From Candidatus Rokuibacteriota bacterium (lineage in GTDB: Bacteria > JAUVQV01 > DATDCY01), in assembly GCA_031406795.1 (NCBI GenBank), contig JANOHV010000005.1, forward strand, positions 1 through 64,000: 64,000 bases of DNA, given 5' to 3'. The notes beneath the pieces are model-generated. The model was not told the DNA's origin. It searched no databases and worked only from the letters and a program-made list of their open reading frames with translations. The position numbers and the translations under genes are program-made. Shown here piece by piece: positions 29,929 to 38,968 of the stretch (positions within the stretch are counted from its first letter, which is position 1; each line of letters opens with the position of its first letter).

Positions 29929-31623
29929 ATGAGTCGAAACAGTCGTTCTCTCGTTGTGGTTCTTCTCGTGTTGGTGTTCCTGAGCGTGCAAGGTCTGGCC
30001 GGGGTCGCTTCAGCGGCTGACAGCGGCGGCTATGGCTCCCCGTCGCCGGCCGCCACGCCAGCGCCAAGCTCGGGGGGTTACGGCTCGCCCGCGCCGGCGC
30101 CCGCGGCCTCGTCCGGCGGCTACGGCTCCCCGACCCCGGCACCCGTACCGGCAGCCTCATCCGGCGGCTACGGCTCCCCCGCGCCTGCGGCAGTCGCCGC
30201 TCCGGCGGCCAGTTCCGGCGGGTACGGTTCCACCGCCCCCGCAGCATCCGCCCCCGCGGCTTCCACTGGCGGCTACGGGTCTCCGGAACCGGCGGCGAAG
30301 TCCGCCCCCGCAGCGGTCGTCGAAAAGTCCAGGGCCGCAACGACGGTCGCGAAGCCGGGCGCCCCGGCAGCCCCGGCGACCACCAAGCCCGCGGCCGCGC
30401 CCGCGGCGCAGTCCGCCGTTCAAACCGCCACGCCGCCGGCCCCCGCCGCATCGGCCGGCTACGGCAGTCCCGCGGCGCCGGCCACGCCCGCAGCCCCGGC
30501 TCCCGTCGCCGCGCCGGTCGCGGCAGCCGCCCCGCAGCAGGGGAGCGGGCTGCCGCCGGTCAACTTCGGGTTTCTGATCACGGCGCTGCTCTGCGGCGGG
30601 CTGATGGGGTGGGCGCTTCAGCGCGGTCGTTTCTGCATGAACACCGCGTTCCGCGACACGATCTTCATCAAGGAGTTCGTCACCTTCCGGGCCTTCCTGC
30701 TCGCGCTGCTCGTCAGCATCATCGGCGCAAATCTGCTGAGCGACGGCGGCGTCATCGCGCTGAAGGCCCAGCCGTTCTGGCCGATCGCCCACATCCTCGG
30801 CGGGCTGCTCTTCGGCATGGGGATGGTGCTCGCCGGCGGCTGCGGCAGCGGCATCTGGTACCGGGTCGGCGAGGGGCAGATCGCCTCCTACATCGCGGTC
30901 GGCGGCTTCTTCAGCGGCATCGCGATCATGCAGGACGGTCTGTTGAAGCCCTTCTACGAATGGTCGAAGTCAGTCATGCTCATCGGCAGCGAAGGCCCCT
31001 ACAAACTCTCGCAGATCTTCGGGGGCAGCACCGGCGGCAAGTGGGCTTTCATCGCCGTCGTCGCGGTCGCGATCTTCATCGCCATCTGGCCGGAGAAGCC
31101 TTTCGCGATCAAGAAGGGCAAGGGCTACTACTGGTCGGTGACGGGCGTGTTCATCGGCCTGATCTCCGTGCTCTCCCTCTGGGCCTCCGCGAAGTTCGGC
31201 GACCTGCACGACTCCGCGCGCGGCCTCTCGTTCACGACGCCGACCCGCGAACTGTTCTTCACGCTCTTCACCGGTGAGTCGCGCTCGAGCTTCTTCCAGA
31301 ACTACGCGCTCGGCGGCCTCAAGATCACCTGGGGCGTGATCTTCATCATCGCGGTGCCGATCGGGGCCTACCTCTCGGCGCGCGGCCTCAAGGAGTTCTC
31401 CTGGAAGACCCCCCGCGACCCGAAGGAGATCCTCGCCGTGATGCTCGGCAGCGTGATGATGGGCTTCGGCAGCTCGCTCGCGCTCGGCTGCAACGTCGGG
31501 CAGGCAATCACCGGCCTCTCGACGCTGTCGGTGGGCAGCCTCTTCGCGACCCTCGCCATCATCGGCGGCAACTGGATCATGGTCTACTTCAAGTTCATCA
31601 AGCCGATGCAGGACATGGAGTAG
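29929..31623 (+). CDS. YeeE/YedE (TsuA-like) sulfur-compound transporter with N-terminal Ala/Pro/Ser-rich repeat extension
   Basis: LQRGRFCM, GMVLAGGCGSG, LALGCNVG conserved Cys motifs; multiple TMs; 7 GYGS repeats after the signal peptide. Confidence 0.88.
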   Translation: MSRNSRSLVVVLLVLVFLSVQGLAGVASAADSGGYGSPSPAATPAPSSGGYGSPAPAPAASSGGYGSPTPAPVPAASSGGYGSPAPAAVAAPAASSGGYGSTAPAASAPAASTGGYGSPEPAAKSAPAAVVEKSRAATTVAKPGAPAAPATTKPAAAPAAQSAVQTATPPAPAASAGYGSPAAPATPAAPAPVAAPVAAAAPQQGSGLPPVNFGFLITALLCGGLMGWALQRGRFCMNTAFRDTIFIKEFVTFRAFLLALLVSIIGANLLSDGGVIALKAQPFWPIAHILGGLLFGMGMVLAGGCGSGIWYRVGEGQIASYIAVGGFFSGIAIMQDGLLKPFYEWSKSVMLIGSEGPYKLSQIFGGSTGGKWAFIAVVAVAIFIAIWPEKPFAIKKGKGYYWSVTGVFIGLISVLSLWASAKFGDLHDSARGLSFTTPTRELFFTLFTGESRSSFFQNYALGGLKITWGVIFIIAVPIGAYLSARGLKEFSWKTPRDPKEILAVMLGSVMMGFGSSLALGCNVGQAITGLSTLSVGSLFATLAIIGGNWIMVYFKFIKPMQDME

Positions 31624-31717
31624 CGGCGAGAACCGAGACACGCGGCCGGCCCGGGGCGCCCGCAGCGGCGAGCGCTCCGGGCCGCGTTGTTTCACGGACC
31701 TGCTACCATCCCGCCCC

Positions 31718-33139
31718 ATGGCAGCGAAATCGCCCGGCGCGCCCGGCCCGCCGGAAGCCCCCGCCCCGCAGACCGGTGCTTCCCCCGTGCTCGTTCTCGG
31801 GGCCGGCCTCGCCGGGCTCGCCGCGGCGCACACGCTCGCCGCCGCCGGCCGCGAGACGCTTGTCCTCGAGGCCGGACCGGTCGTCGGCGGACTCTCCCGA
31901 ACCGAGACGTTCGGTGAATTCCGCTTCGATCTGGGGGGCCACCGGTTCTTCACCCACGACGCCGAGGTCGCCGACCTCGTCGCGCGGCTGCTGGGCGAGG
32001 AACTTATCGACGTGCCGCGTTCGAGCAAGATCCTGCTGCGGGGCCGCTACGTCGACTACCCGCTGCGGCCGCTCAACGCGCTCGCCGCCCTCGGGCCGGC
32101 CACCGCCCTGAGCGTGCTCGCGGACTGGGCCGCGGAGCAGGTCCGCGGGCTCGCCATCGAGCGGCCGGACGTTTCGCTGGAGGACTGGGTCGTGCGGCGC
32201 TTCGGCCGGACGCTGTTCAACATCTACTTCAAGGAGTACAGCGAGAAGGTCTGGGGTCTGCCCTGCGAGCGCATCAGCGTCGGTTGGGTGGCGCGGCGGA
32301 TCGAGGGACTCTCGCTCGGCAGGGCCGTGCGCGACGCCTTCACGCGCGAACATCGCAGCACCGTCGCGAGCCTCGTCGACCGCTTCGCCTACCCGCGGCT
32401 GGGCATCGGCCGCGTCGGCGAGCGCTTCGCCGAGGGACTCGCACCGCGCGGGCGGGTCCAGTGCGGCGCGCGGGTCACGCGGGTGCGGCACGAGGGAGGC
32501 CGCGTCCGCGAAGTGTTCGCCGCGACCGCCGACGGCGAATACGCCTTCGCCGCCGATGCCGTCATCTCGACGATGCCGCTGCCGGCGCTCGCGCGGCTGC
32601 TCGACCCCGCGCCGGCGCCCGAGGTGCTGCGGGCGGCGGCGGCGCTCGGATTCCGGGATCTGCTGCTGGTCGCCGTCGCCGTCGACCGCCCCTTCGTCAC
32701 CGATCAGACCTGGATCTACCTCCCGGACCGGGCGATCCCGTTCGGCCGCATCCACGAGCCGAAGAACTGGTCGCGCGCAATGGCCCCGCCGGAGCGCTCC
32801 CTCGTCGTGGCCGAGTACTTCTGTTTTCGCGACGACGAGACCTGGGCGTCGCCGGACGAGCGCCTCGCGCAGCTGACGGTCAGCGGTCTCGAGCGGCTCG
32901 GCTACCTCCAGCGCGGAGAGGTCAGCGGCACGCGCATCGTGCGGGTGCCCGCCGCCTACCCGCTGTTCGAGGTCGGCTACGAACGCCAGGCCGCCGCGGT
33001 ACGCGACGGGCTGGCGCGCGCCGACAACCTCTTCGTCGCCGGACGCAGCGGCTGCTTCGCTTACCAGAACATGGATCACGCGATCCGCTCCGGCATCGAC
33101 TCCGCGCGACGGCTGCTGGCCGCGGATTCGACGCTATGA
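31718..33139 (+). CDS. FAD-dependent oxidoreductase (HemY/UDP-galactopyranose mutase-like)
   Basis: GAGLAGL, VGGLSRT, FDLGGHRFFT, YSEKVWG, GRSGCFAYQNMDH. Confidence 0.82.
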   Translation: MAAKSPGAPGPPEAPAPQTGASPVLVLGAGLAGLAAAHTLAAAGRETLVLEAGPVVGGLSRTETFGEFRFDLGGHRFFTHDAEVADLVARLLGEELIDVPRSSKILLRGRYVDYPLRPLNALAALGPATALSVLADWAAEQVRGLAIERPDVSLEDWVVRRFGRTLFNIYFKEYSEKVWGLPCERISVGWVARRIEGLSLGRAVRDAFTREHRSTVASLVDRFAYPRLGIGRVGERFAEGLAPRGRVQCGARVTRVRHEGGRVREVFAATADGEYAFAADAVISTMPLPALARLLDPAPAPEVLRAAAALGFRDLLLVAVAVDRPFVTDQTWIYLPDRAIPFGRIHEPKNWSRAMAPPERSLVVAEYFCFRDDETWASPDERLAQLTVSGLERLGYLQRGEVSGTRIVRVPAAYPLFEVGYERQAAAVRDGLARADNLFVAGRSGCFAYQNMDHAIRSGIDSARRLLAADSTL

Positions 33140-34596
33140 GGTGCGCGCTGGCGATCCCGGCCTGGTCGCCGTCCGAAATCTTTTCGAGCCGCACCGCCGC
33201 CTCCCAGATCAACTACTGGCAGCCGCTCGGGACGCTCTACGTCGCCGCCAGCCTGCGCGAGTCCGGCCACGAGGTGCGCTTCTTCAACGGCGCATTCCGC
33301 AGCCACGGGGAGATCCTCCGCGAGCTCGCGACCTTCTCACCCCGCGTCGTCGGCCTCTACGCGACCGCCTTCGGCTGGCACAAGGCTCGCCAGACGGCGT
33401 CCGCGGTTCGGCGTGTCCTGCCGGACGCCTTCATCGTCGTCGGCGGGCCCTACCCCGCCTTCGCCGGGGCGCAGTGTCTGCGCGAGGCGCCCGACATCGA
33501 CGCCGTGGTCACGGGTGAGGGCGAGGACACGATGGTCGAGCTTGCCGGGCGTCTCGGGTCGGGCGCCGCGCTCGACGGGCTGGCGGGGATCGCGTTTCGC
33601 CGCGGCGACGAGGTCGTCGAAAACCCGCGGCGGCCGCTGATCATCGACCTCGACCGCCTCCCTTTCCCGGCGCGCGACCTGCTCGGCGACCGCGAGGTCT
33701 ACATCCCGCCCCCGGCCACGTACCGCCGTACCCCGGTGGCGGTGATGATCACCTCGCGCGGCTGCAATCGCCGCTGCATCTTCTGCTTTCAGCTCGACCG
33801 CGAGCGCCGGCACGGCATCCGCTGCCGCAGCGTCGACAACGTGCTGGCCGAAATCCGCCACCTGGCGGCCAGCGGCTATCGCGAAATCAAGTTCCTGGAC
33901 GACACGCTCGCCGCCGACCGCGGGCGTGCGCTGGAAATCGCGCGGCGCATCAAGGCCGAGCGGCTCGACATCGTCTGGTTCGCTTCGGCCTGCGTCCACC
34001 AGGTCGACCGCGAGCTGCTCGAGGCCTTCCGCGACGCCGGCTGCTGGGCGATCCTCTTCGGCGCCGAGAGCGGCGTGCAGCGCAACCTGGACGCGCTTCG
34101 CAAGGGGATCACCCTCGAACAGACGCGGCGCGCGGTGCGGGCGGCCAAGGCTGCCGGTCTCGCCGTGCACACGCCGTTTCTCTTCGGCATCCCCGGGCAG
34201 ACGTGGGAGGAGGGGCTGGAGACGATCCGCTTCGCCTGCGAGCTGGACCCGGACATCGCCAGCTTCCACGCGCTGACGCCCTTTCCAGGATCGGAGCTCT
34301 GGGAGCGTCGCCTCGAGTTGGGAACCGTGGCCGAGGATCTCGCGACCTACACCTACCAGGGCGCCGCCTTCGTGCCGCACACGATGACACGCGACGAGAT
34401 CCAGCGCCTGCGCCAGCGGGCCTACCGCACCTTCTATTCGCGCCCGCGCTATCTTCTGCGGCGCACGCTCGGCATCCGTTCGCTCCACGAGGTCTCGGCG
34501 GCCTGGCGCGGGGCACGCAGCCTGATCGGGCTCTGGACGAAGCGCAGGGCGTTCGCGAGGGACGAGCCCGGGCCGTGGGGGAGCGGCGGCGACTAG
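33136..34596 (+). CDS. cobalamin-binding radical SAM protein
   Basis: PLGTLYVAA, VVGGP, TSRGCNRRCIFC, FLDD, FGAESG; ATGA overlap with upstream gene. Confidence 0.9.
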   Translation: MRCALAIPAWSPSEIFSSRTAASQINYWQPLGTLYVAASLRESGHEVRFFNGAFRSHGEILRELATFSPRVVGLYATAFGWHKARQTASAVRRVLPDAFIVVGGPYPAFAGAQCLREAPDIDAVVTGEGEDTMVELAGRLGSGAALDGLAGIAFRRGDEVVENPRRPLIIDLDRLPFPARDLLGDREVYIPPPATYRRTPVAVMITSRGCNRRCIFCFQLDRERRHGIRCRSVDNVLAEIRHLAASGYREIKFLDDTLAADRGRALEIARRIKAERLDIVWFASACVHQVDRELLEAFRDAGCWAILFGAESGVQRNLDALRKGITLEQTRRAVRAAKAAGLAVHTPFLFGIPGQTWEEGLETIRFACELDPDIASFHALTPFPGSELWERRLELGTVAEDLATYTYQGAAFVPHTMTRDEIQRLRQRAYRTFYSRPRYLLRRTLGIRSLHEVSAAWRGARSLIGLWTKRRAFARDEPGPWGSGGD

Positions 34597-34702
34597 CGGG
34601 GCTCCCGATCCGCGGGGAGCGGCGGCGCCGCCGGGTGACCTCCGTCCGGGACTTCGGGAAGATACTTCTCGAGGCACTCGGGACTTGAAGCGCCCGCGCC
34701 GC

Positions 34703-36400
34703 TCACGGTGAAGTCAAAGGCGGCGCCAGCCAGACCAGGACATGCGTCCGGTACCGGAAGACCGCATCCCGGGCGAAGACGGCGTCCGGCAGGCGCAGCG
34801 CGAGCGTCGCGGGGAGGGACGCGCCGGGGTCGCCGGTTATCAGGAGTCGGGCGACCCCCGCCGACGGCGCATCGCCGCGATACCAGGACGGCAGCGGTTG
34901 CTCCCAGGTGAACCGGAAGGAGGAGGTCTCCAGCTCCGCCTGCGGCGGGGTCGGGGGGGGCGGCGAACGCACGATGATCTTCGCCCCGGTGTGGTAGTCC
35001 AGCAGCGGGACCGCGACTTCGGGGTTGATCACCACCCCGGGCGCCGGCAACACCGTCACCTCCGCCTCGACGACCCCGTGCTCGTCGAGGAAGCGTCCGG
35101 CCGCTTGAAGGTTCGCGGTGTTGACCCACATCAGGAACGGCCGATAGACCGCGAAGACCATGACGAGCGAGAAGCCCGCCGCGGCCAGCACGGCGAAGCG
35201 GCGCGCGCGGCCGGGCAGCCCTTCGAGCCCGCGGGCCGCCAGCAGCGCGATCATCGGGAAGACGGGGAGCAGATAGCGGGTGCGCCGGGCGCCGAGTACG
35301 AGAAGCACGAAGGGCAGAGCCGCCGCCACCAGCACCGCACGGTCGCGCCCCCGCCACCCTTGCCAGAGGGCGGCGAACGCGGCGGCGGCGAGCACCGGGT
35401 GGGTCTGGAAGAGAAAGGTCGAGGGATAGCTTTCCACCCAGCGGCGCAGGCCTTCCCACTGGAAACCGGCCAGAAGCGCCACCTGCCGCTGGACCAGGTC
35501 CGGTTTCAGCAGCGCGAAGAACGCCGGGGCGAGCGCGCCCGCCACGAGGGCGGCGCTGCCCCGCGCGACCGCCGCCCACCGGCCCCGCCGTGCCTCGAGC
35601 AGCAGGATCAGCCCGCAGGACCCGAAGAGCAGAACCCAGGTCGAGTACTTGGCGAGGAGCGCGGCGGCGAGCGCGAGCGCGGCGGCGGCAACCCGCCAGG
35701 CGCCGGGGCGTTCGAGCGTCTCGAGCAGCCCCCAGAACGCCACTGTCACCGCGGCCATGGCCGGCACGTCCGCCATGAGCAGGGGCACCTGCACGAGCAG
35801 GCAGGGAATGGCGAGGAGCAGCAGCGCGCCGCGGGCGCCGGTGCGGGCGCCCCAGAGCAGGCTGCCGACGCGCGCCGTGGCGAACGCGGTCAGCGCGAAG
35901 AGGCCGGCGCTGAAGACCTGCTGGGGGAGCCGCTGCTCCCCGAACACCCTGAAGATCAGACCGTAGAGAAAGGCCGGCAGCGGCAGGTCGGTCCAGGCCG
36001 GCAGCGCGCCGCCCCAGTCGCGAAGAAACGCCGACGCGCCGAACAGCTCGAGGTGCTTGGCCTGGGTGAAGTAGCGCGAGGCGTCGATCACCACCTCGGG
36101 TTGGCCCGCCAGCGCAACGCCGACACAGAACGCGGCCGCCACCGCAGCGGGAAGGCCCCAGCGGCGGGGCAGCGCGACGCGTGACAGGAACCAGGCGGCG
36201 CCGACCGCCGCAAGATGCAGCACCCAGAGACCGACGAGGTCCCGGCCCGCGAGAACCCAGGCCCACGAAGTGAGGCTGTTGTCGTCCAGGTGGCGCAACG
36301 CGGCGAGCAGCGGAAAGAGACCCGCCGCCGCCACGACGAGCGGCACCAAGGGCCCGTCATCCTCCGGTGTGCCGCCAGCCTGCGGCGAAGATCGATTCAC
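34703..36400 (-). CDS. GT-C fold membrane glycosyltransferase (ArnT/PMT, GT39-like)
   Basis: Many TMs; IDASRYF luminal motif, LMADVP, LAKYS, RYLLPVFP. Confidence 0.7.
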   Translation of the reverse strand: MNRSSPQAGGTPEDDGPLVPLVVAAAGLFPLLAALRHLDDNSLTSWAWVLAGRDLVGLWVLHLAAVGAAWFLSRVALPRRWGLPAAVAAAFCVGVALAGQPEVVIDASRYFTQAKHLELFGASAFLRDWGGALPAWTDLPLPAFLYGLIFRVFGEQRLPQQVFSAGLFALTAFATARVGSLLWGARTGARGALLLLAIPCLLVQVPLLMADVPAMAAVTVAFWGLLETLERPGAWRVAAAALALAAALLAKYSTWVLLFGSCGLILLLEARRGRWAAVARGSAALVAGALAPAFFALLKPDLVQRQVALLAGFQWEGLRRWVESYPSTFLFQTHPVLAAAAFAALWQGWRGRDRAVLVAAALPFVLLVLGARRTRYLLPVFPMIALLAARGLEGLPGRARRFAVLAAAGFSLVMVFAVYRPFLMWVNTANLQAAGRFLDEHGVVEAEVTVLPAPGVVINPEVAVPLLDYHTGAKIIVRSPPPPTPPQAELETSSFRFTWEQPLPSWYRGDAPSAGVARLLITGDPGASLPATLALRLPDAVFARDAVFRYRTHVLVWLAPPLTSP

Positions 36401-36496
36401 GACCGCGGCAGACTACCACAGGCGCGGAGCAACGCCGCAAGTCGTCCCGCTTCACCCAGATCCGCGCGTGCGCGCGGATTGGGGCCTCAGCGGACG

Positions 36497-36799
36497 CTAC
36501 AGAATGAGGATCTTGTCCGACTCCGAGACCATGATGGCGTTCTCGAACTGACCTGCCTGCGCGACAGCCTCAGGCAGAGCAGCCGGCCGGCCGCCGTAGC
36601 ACGCCGCGCTGTGATCACAGTAGCTCATCCTCACGCCGGCGAGCGCGCTGAGCGAGGAAAACTGGTGATCGGCCAGCAGTTTCGCCCCTTCGTCGGTGGC
36701 GAATATCGCGACGGTGTGCCCGTGGGTGAGAGCCGCCTGCGTGATGCCGCGGATCTGCGCGAGGTGCCGGTCGGTGGTCACCATGATCCCGAGTTTCAT
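36497..36799 (-). CDS. DsrE-family protein
   Basis: GHTVAIFATDEG, YCDHSA, SDKILIL. Confidence 0.75.
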   Translation of the reverse strand: MKLGIMVTTDRHLAQIRGITQAALTHGHTVAIFATDEGAKLLADHQFSSLSALAGVRMSYCDHSAACYGGRPAALPEAVAQAGQFENAIMVSESDKILIL

Positions 36800-36815
36800 C
36801 GCTCGCCTGCGCCTG

Positions 36816-36986
36816 CTACCAGCAGATGACCCGGTCGGCGGCGGCGATCTCGTCGACGATCCGGCCGTAGTCCGTCTCGCACCGCAGGTCGGTCACCGTC
36901 ACCAGGTGCTCCTTCGCGTTCTCGGCCAGCAGCGCGGCGCCGGAGTCGCCCAGCTCGCCCGTCAACAGAAAGAGGACCCTCACCAT
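36816..36986 (-). CDS. small DsrH-like conserved hypothetical protein
   Basis: 56 aa; DYGRIVDEIAAADRVICW; GGGAG SD; operon context. Confidence 0.65.
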   Translation of the reverse strand: MVRVLFLLTGELGDSGAALLAENAKEHLVTVTDLRCETDYGRIVDEIAAADRVICW

Positions 36987-37002
36987 CGACTCCCTGGCAC
37001 CG

Positions 37003-37275
37003 CTAGTACGGCAGGATGACGTCACACGCGACAATCTGCCGGGCAAGTTCCGCGTTCGAAAGCAACTCGAGGTCGGCGTTGTCGACGCAGTTTGTCGCGA
37101 CCCGCACCCCGATCTCCTTGAGAACATCGAGGTACCCCCGGAGCTCAGGCGTGTCAACGATGCTGCGATCAAGAACGAAGACCTCAACCCGCTCGACCCC
37201 GAGTGTCAGGCCGGCCGCGACGCGCAATGCCTCCCCCTGGCGCTCCCGAACCAGCACCGCAACGGATTTCGCCAT
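37003..37275 (-). CDS. DsrF-like conserved hypothetical protein
   Basis: RQGEALRVAAGLTL, VEVFVLD, CDVILPY. Confidence 0.65.
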   Translation of the reverse strand: MAKSVAVLVRERQGEALRVAAGLTLGVERVEVFVLDRSIVDTPELRGYLDVLKEIGVRVATNCVDNADLELLSNAELARQIVACDVILPY

Positions 37276-37337
37276 CGCGCCCCCCCCGGCCGACAGTATC
37301 GCCGATTTCACGGGTTCACGCGAGCGAGACCCCGCAG

Positions 37338-37715
37338 TTAGATGCTGATCGAGAAGGGAACGTATCCGTCGAGCAGCAACTCCCCGAGATAGGAACTGGA
37401 CTGGATCTGTACGCCTTCGACGAGGTCCTCGAGCTTCACGCCGGGCATGAACGCGTGGCAGACGTAGAACTTGATGCCGATTTCGAGGGCCATGTCGATC
37501 AGGTCGCCGACGTTGGTGGTGGCACCCTCGAGCTCCATCGAGATCGTCGAGGCCACGCCTTTCTTCGCCAGCTGGACTCCCTCTCCCAGCAGAAAGACGA
37601 CGATATCCGTCTCATCGTCGAAGGCCTTCATGTTCGAGGAGATCTTCAGGATGCCAATGGCTTCCAGGGGACTCGAAATGGCGTGGGAGACGGTGAACAG
37701 AAATTTCTTTGCCAT
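37338..37715 (-). CDS. DsrE-family protein
   Basis: VVFLLGEGVQLAKKG, IKFYVC; GAGGAG SD; ATG 37715. Confidence 0.8.
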   Translation of the reverse strand: MAKKFLFTVSHAISSPLEAIGILKISSNMKAFDDETDIVVFLLGEGVQLAKKGVASTISMELEGATTNVGDLIDMALEIGIKFYVCHAFMPGVKLEDLVEGVQIQSSSYLGELLLDGYVPFSISI

Positions 37716-37846
37716 GGCTTCTCTCCTCAATTTGTTTGGCTTGACAAAACCCGATCGTATTTTGATTCCCGGCCCGCCGTTCCGTTTCAGGAATTCGCGA
37801 AGCCAGAGTTGACTTCTCCGCTCGCATGCGCTACCAAGGCACCACA

Positions 37847-38548
37847 ATGAGAAGCAATTCGACGGCGCTGCGTCTGACCAGGAATGCGATCCCGCTCGCG
37901 GGTCTGCTGGTAATGCTGAGCGCCCTGGCCGCCCAGGCGGCGGTCGTCGCCGAGGGCATCTACACCATCAAGACCCCCGAGCGCCGCGTGATCAACTTCC
38001 GCATGGTCCTCACCCCCACCGGGGCGCGGATCACCCCGAACCGGGGCGAGACGATGATCTTTTCCTACGAAAAGAAATCGGCGCTGATCGTCGATGACGC
38101 CAGCCGCAGCTACTTCCTGCTCCCCCTCGAACTGGTCCCGCCGCTGCTCGCCTCGGGCCTCGGTTACGACCCCCGCGGGCTCGGCGCCACGGCCTCAGGG
38201 GCGACGAAGATGCTCCTCGGCACCTCCTGCGCGGAGGTGATCGTCAGCGGCAAGGCGCCGCGTCTCACGCTGCGCTCCTGGCGCGTCACCGATCCCGCCT
38301 GGAGCCGCGACTACGCGCGGCTCGAGAGCGCGCTCGGCCTGCCCTGGGCGGTGGCCGCGCCCCCGCTGGTGCTCGTCGGCCTGCCGCTCGCCGGCTCGTT
38401 GGAGATCGAAGGGCCGCAACCCTACCGCGCCTCGTGGGAGATCACGAAGATTTCGCAGGAAAAGAGCCTGAGCGAGGGCTTTGCCATCCCGCCCGGCTAT
38501 CGCATGGATGTGGAGCGACTTCTTTCCGTCCAGACCAGGCAGCCCTGA
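37847..38548 (+). CDS. exported hypothetical protein (DUF4412-like)
   Basis: Signal peptide; GATKMLLGTSC, C-terminal FAIPPGY. Confidence 0.55.
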   Translation: MRSNSTALRLTRNAIPLAGLLVMLSALAAQAAVVAEGIYTIKTPERRVINFRMVLTPTGARITPNRGETMIFSYEKKSALIVDDASRSYFLLPLELVPPLLASGLGYDPRGLGATASGATKMLLGTSCAEVIVSGKAPRLTLRSWRVTDPAWSRDYARLESALGLPWAVAAPPLVLVGLPLAGSLEIEGPQPYRASWEITKISQEKSLSEGFAIPPGYRMDVERLLSVQTRQP

Positions 38549-38697
38549 GGCTTCGGCGCCCGATGCCGGCCGTTTCCCCCGCAGTCCTCCCCGGCCCGCC
38601 CAAATCCGCGCGTAACGCGCGGATCAGGAGCGTCAGGCTTGTCACCTGGTCCGGATTTATCCGAGTCGTTGCTCATTTCTGATCGCAATGCCTGCTT

Positions 38698-38806
38698 CAA
38701 GCGATGCTTGACCTCTGCCACGCCGTGCTTCATGCACGAAATCCGGCTTTTTCAGTGGTTGAAATGCCTCCTCTGCTGCTGGATCCGCGCGTACGCGCGG
38801 ATCTGG
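38698..38806. repeat. dispersed intergenic repeat family C, diverged copy 3
   Basis: gcttgacc..cgaaatccggcttt..atgcct..ctgctggatccgcgcgtacgcgcggatctgg. Confidence 0.7.
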
Positions 38807-38821
38807 GGCCCGGACAACGCC

Positions 38822-38850
38822 TTGAAAAACCGCACCCGGGCTGGTACTGT
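38822..38850 (+). promoter_or_regulatory. sigma-70 promoter of efp
   Basis: TTGAAA-17 nt-TACTGT with TG extended -10. Confidence 0.5.
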
Positions 38851-38968
38851 GTCCGGACTCGTGCCTCTTCGGCAGCCCCCCTCCTGCTGAGCCGGCCGGA
38901 GGCCGGACCTGCCGGGCGCACCCCCGCCGCGTGCGACCAGTGAACGACAACCCGAACGGAGGAGCACC

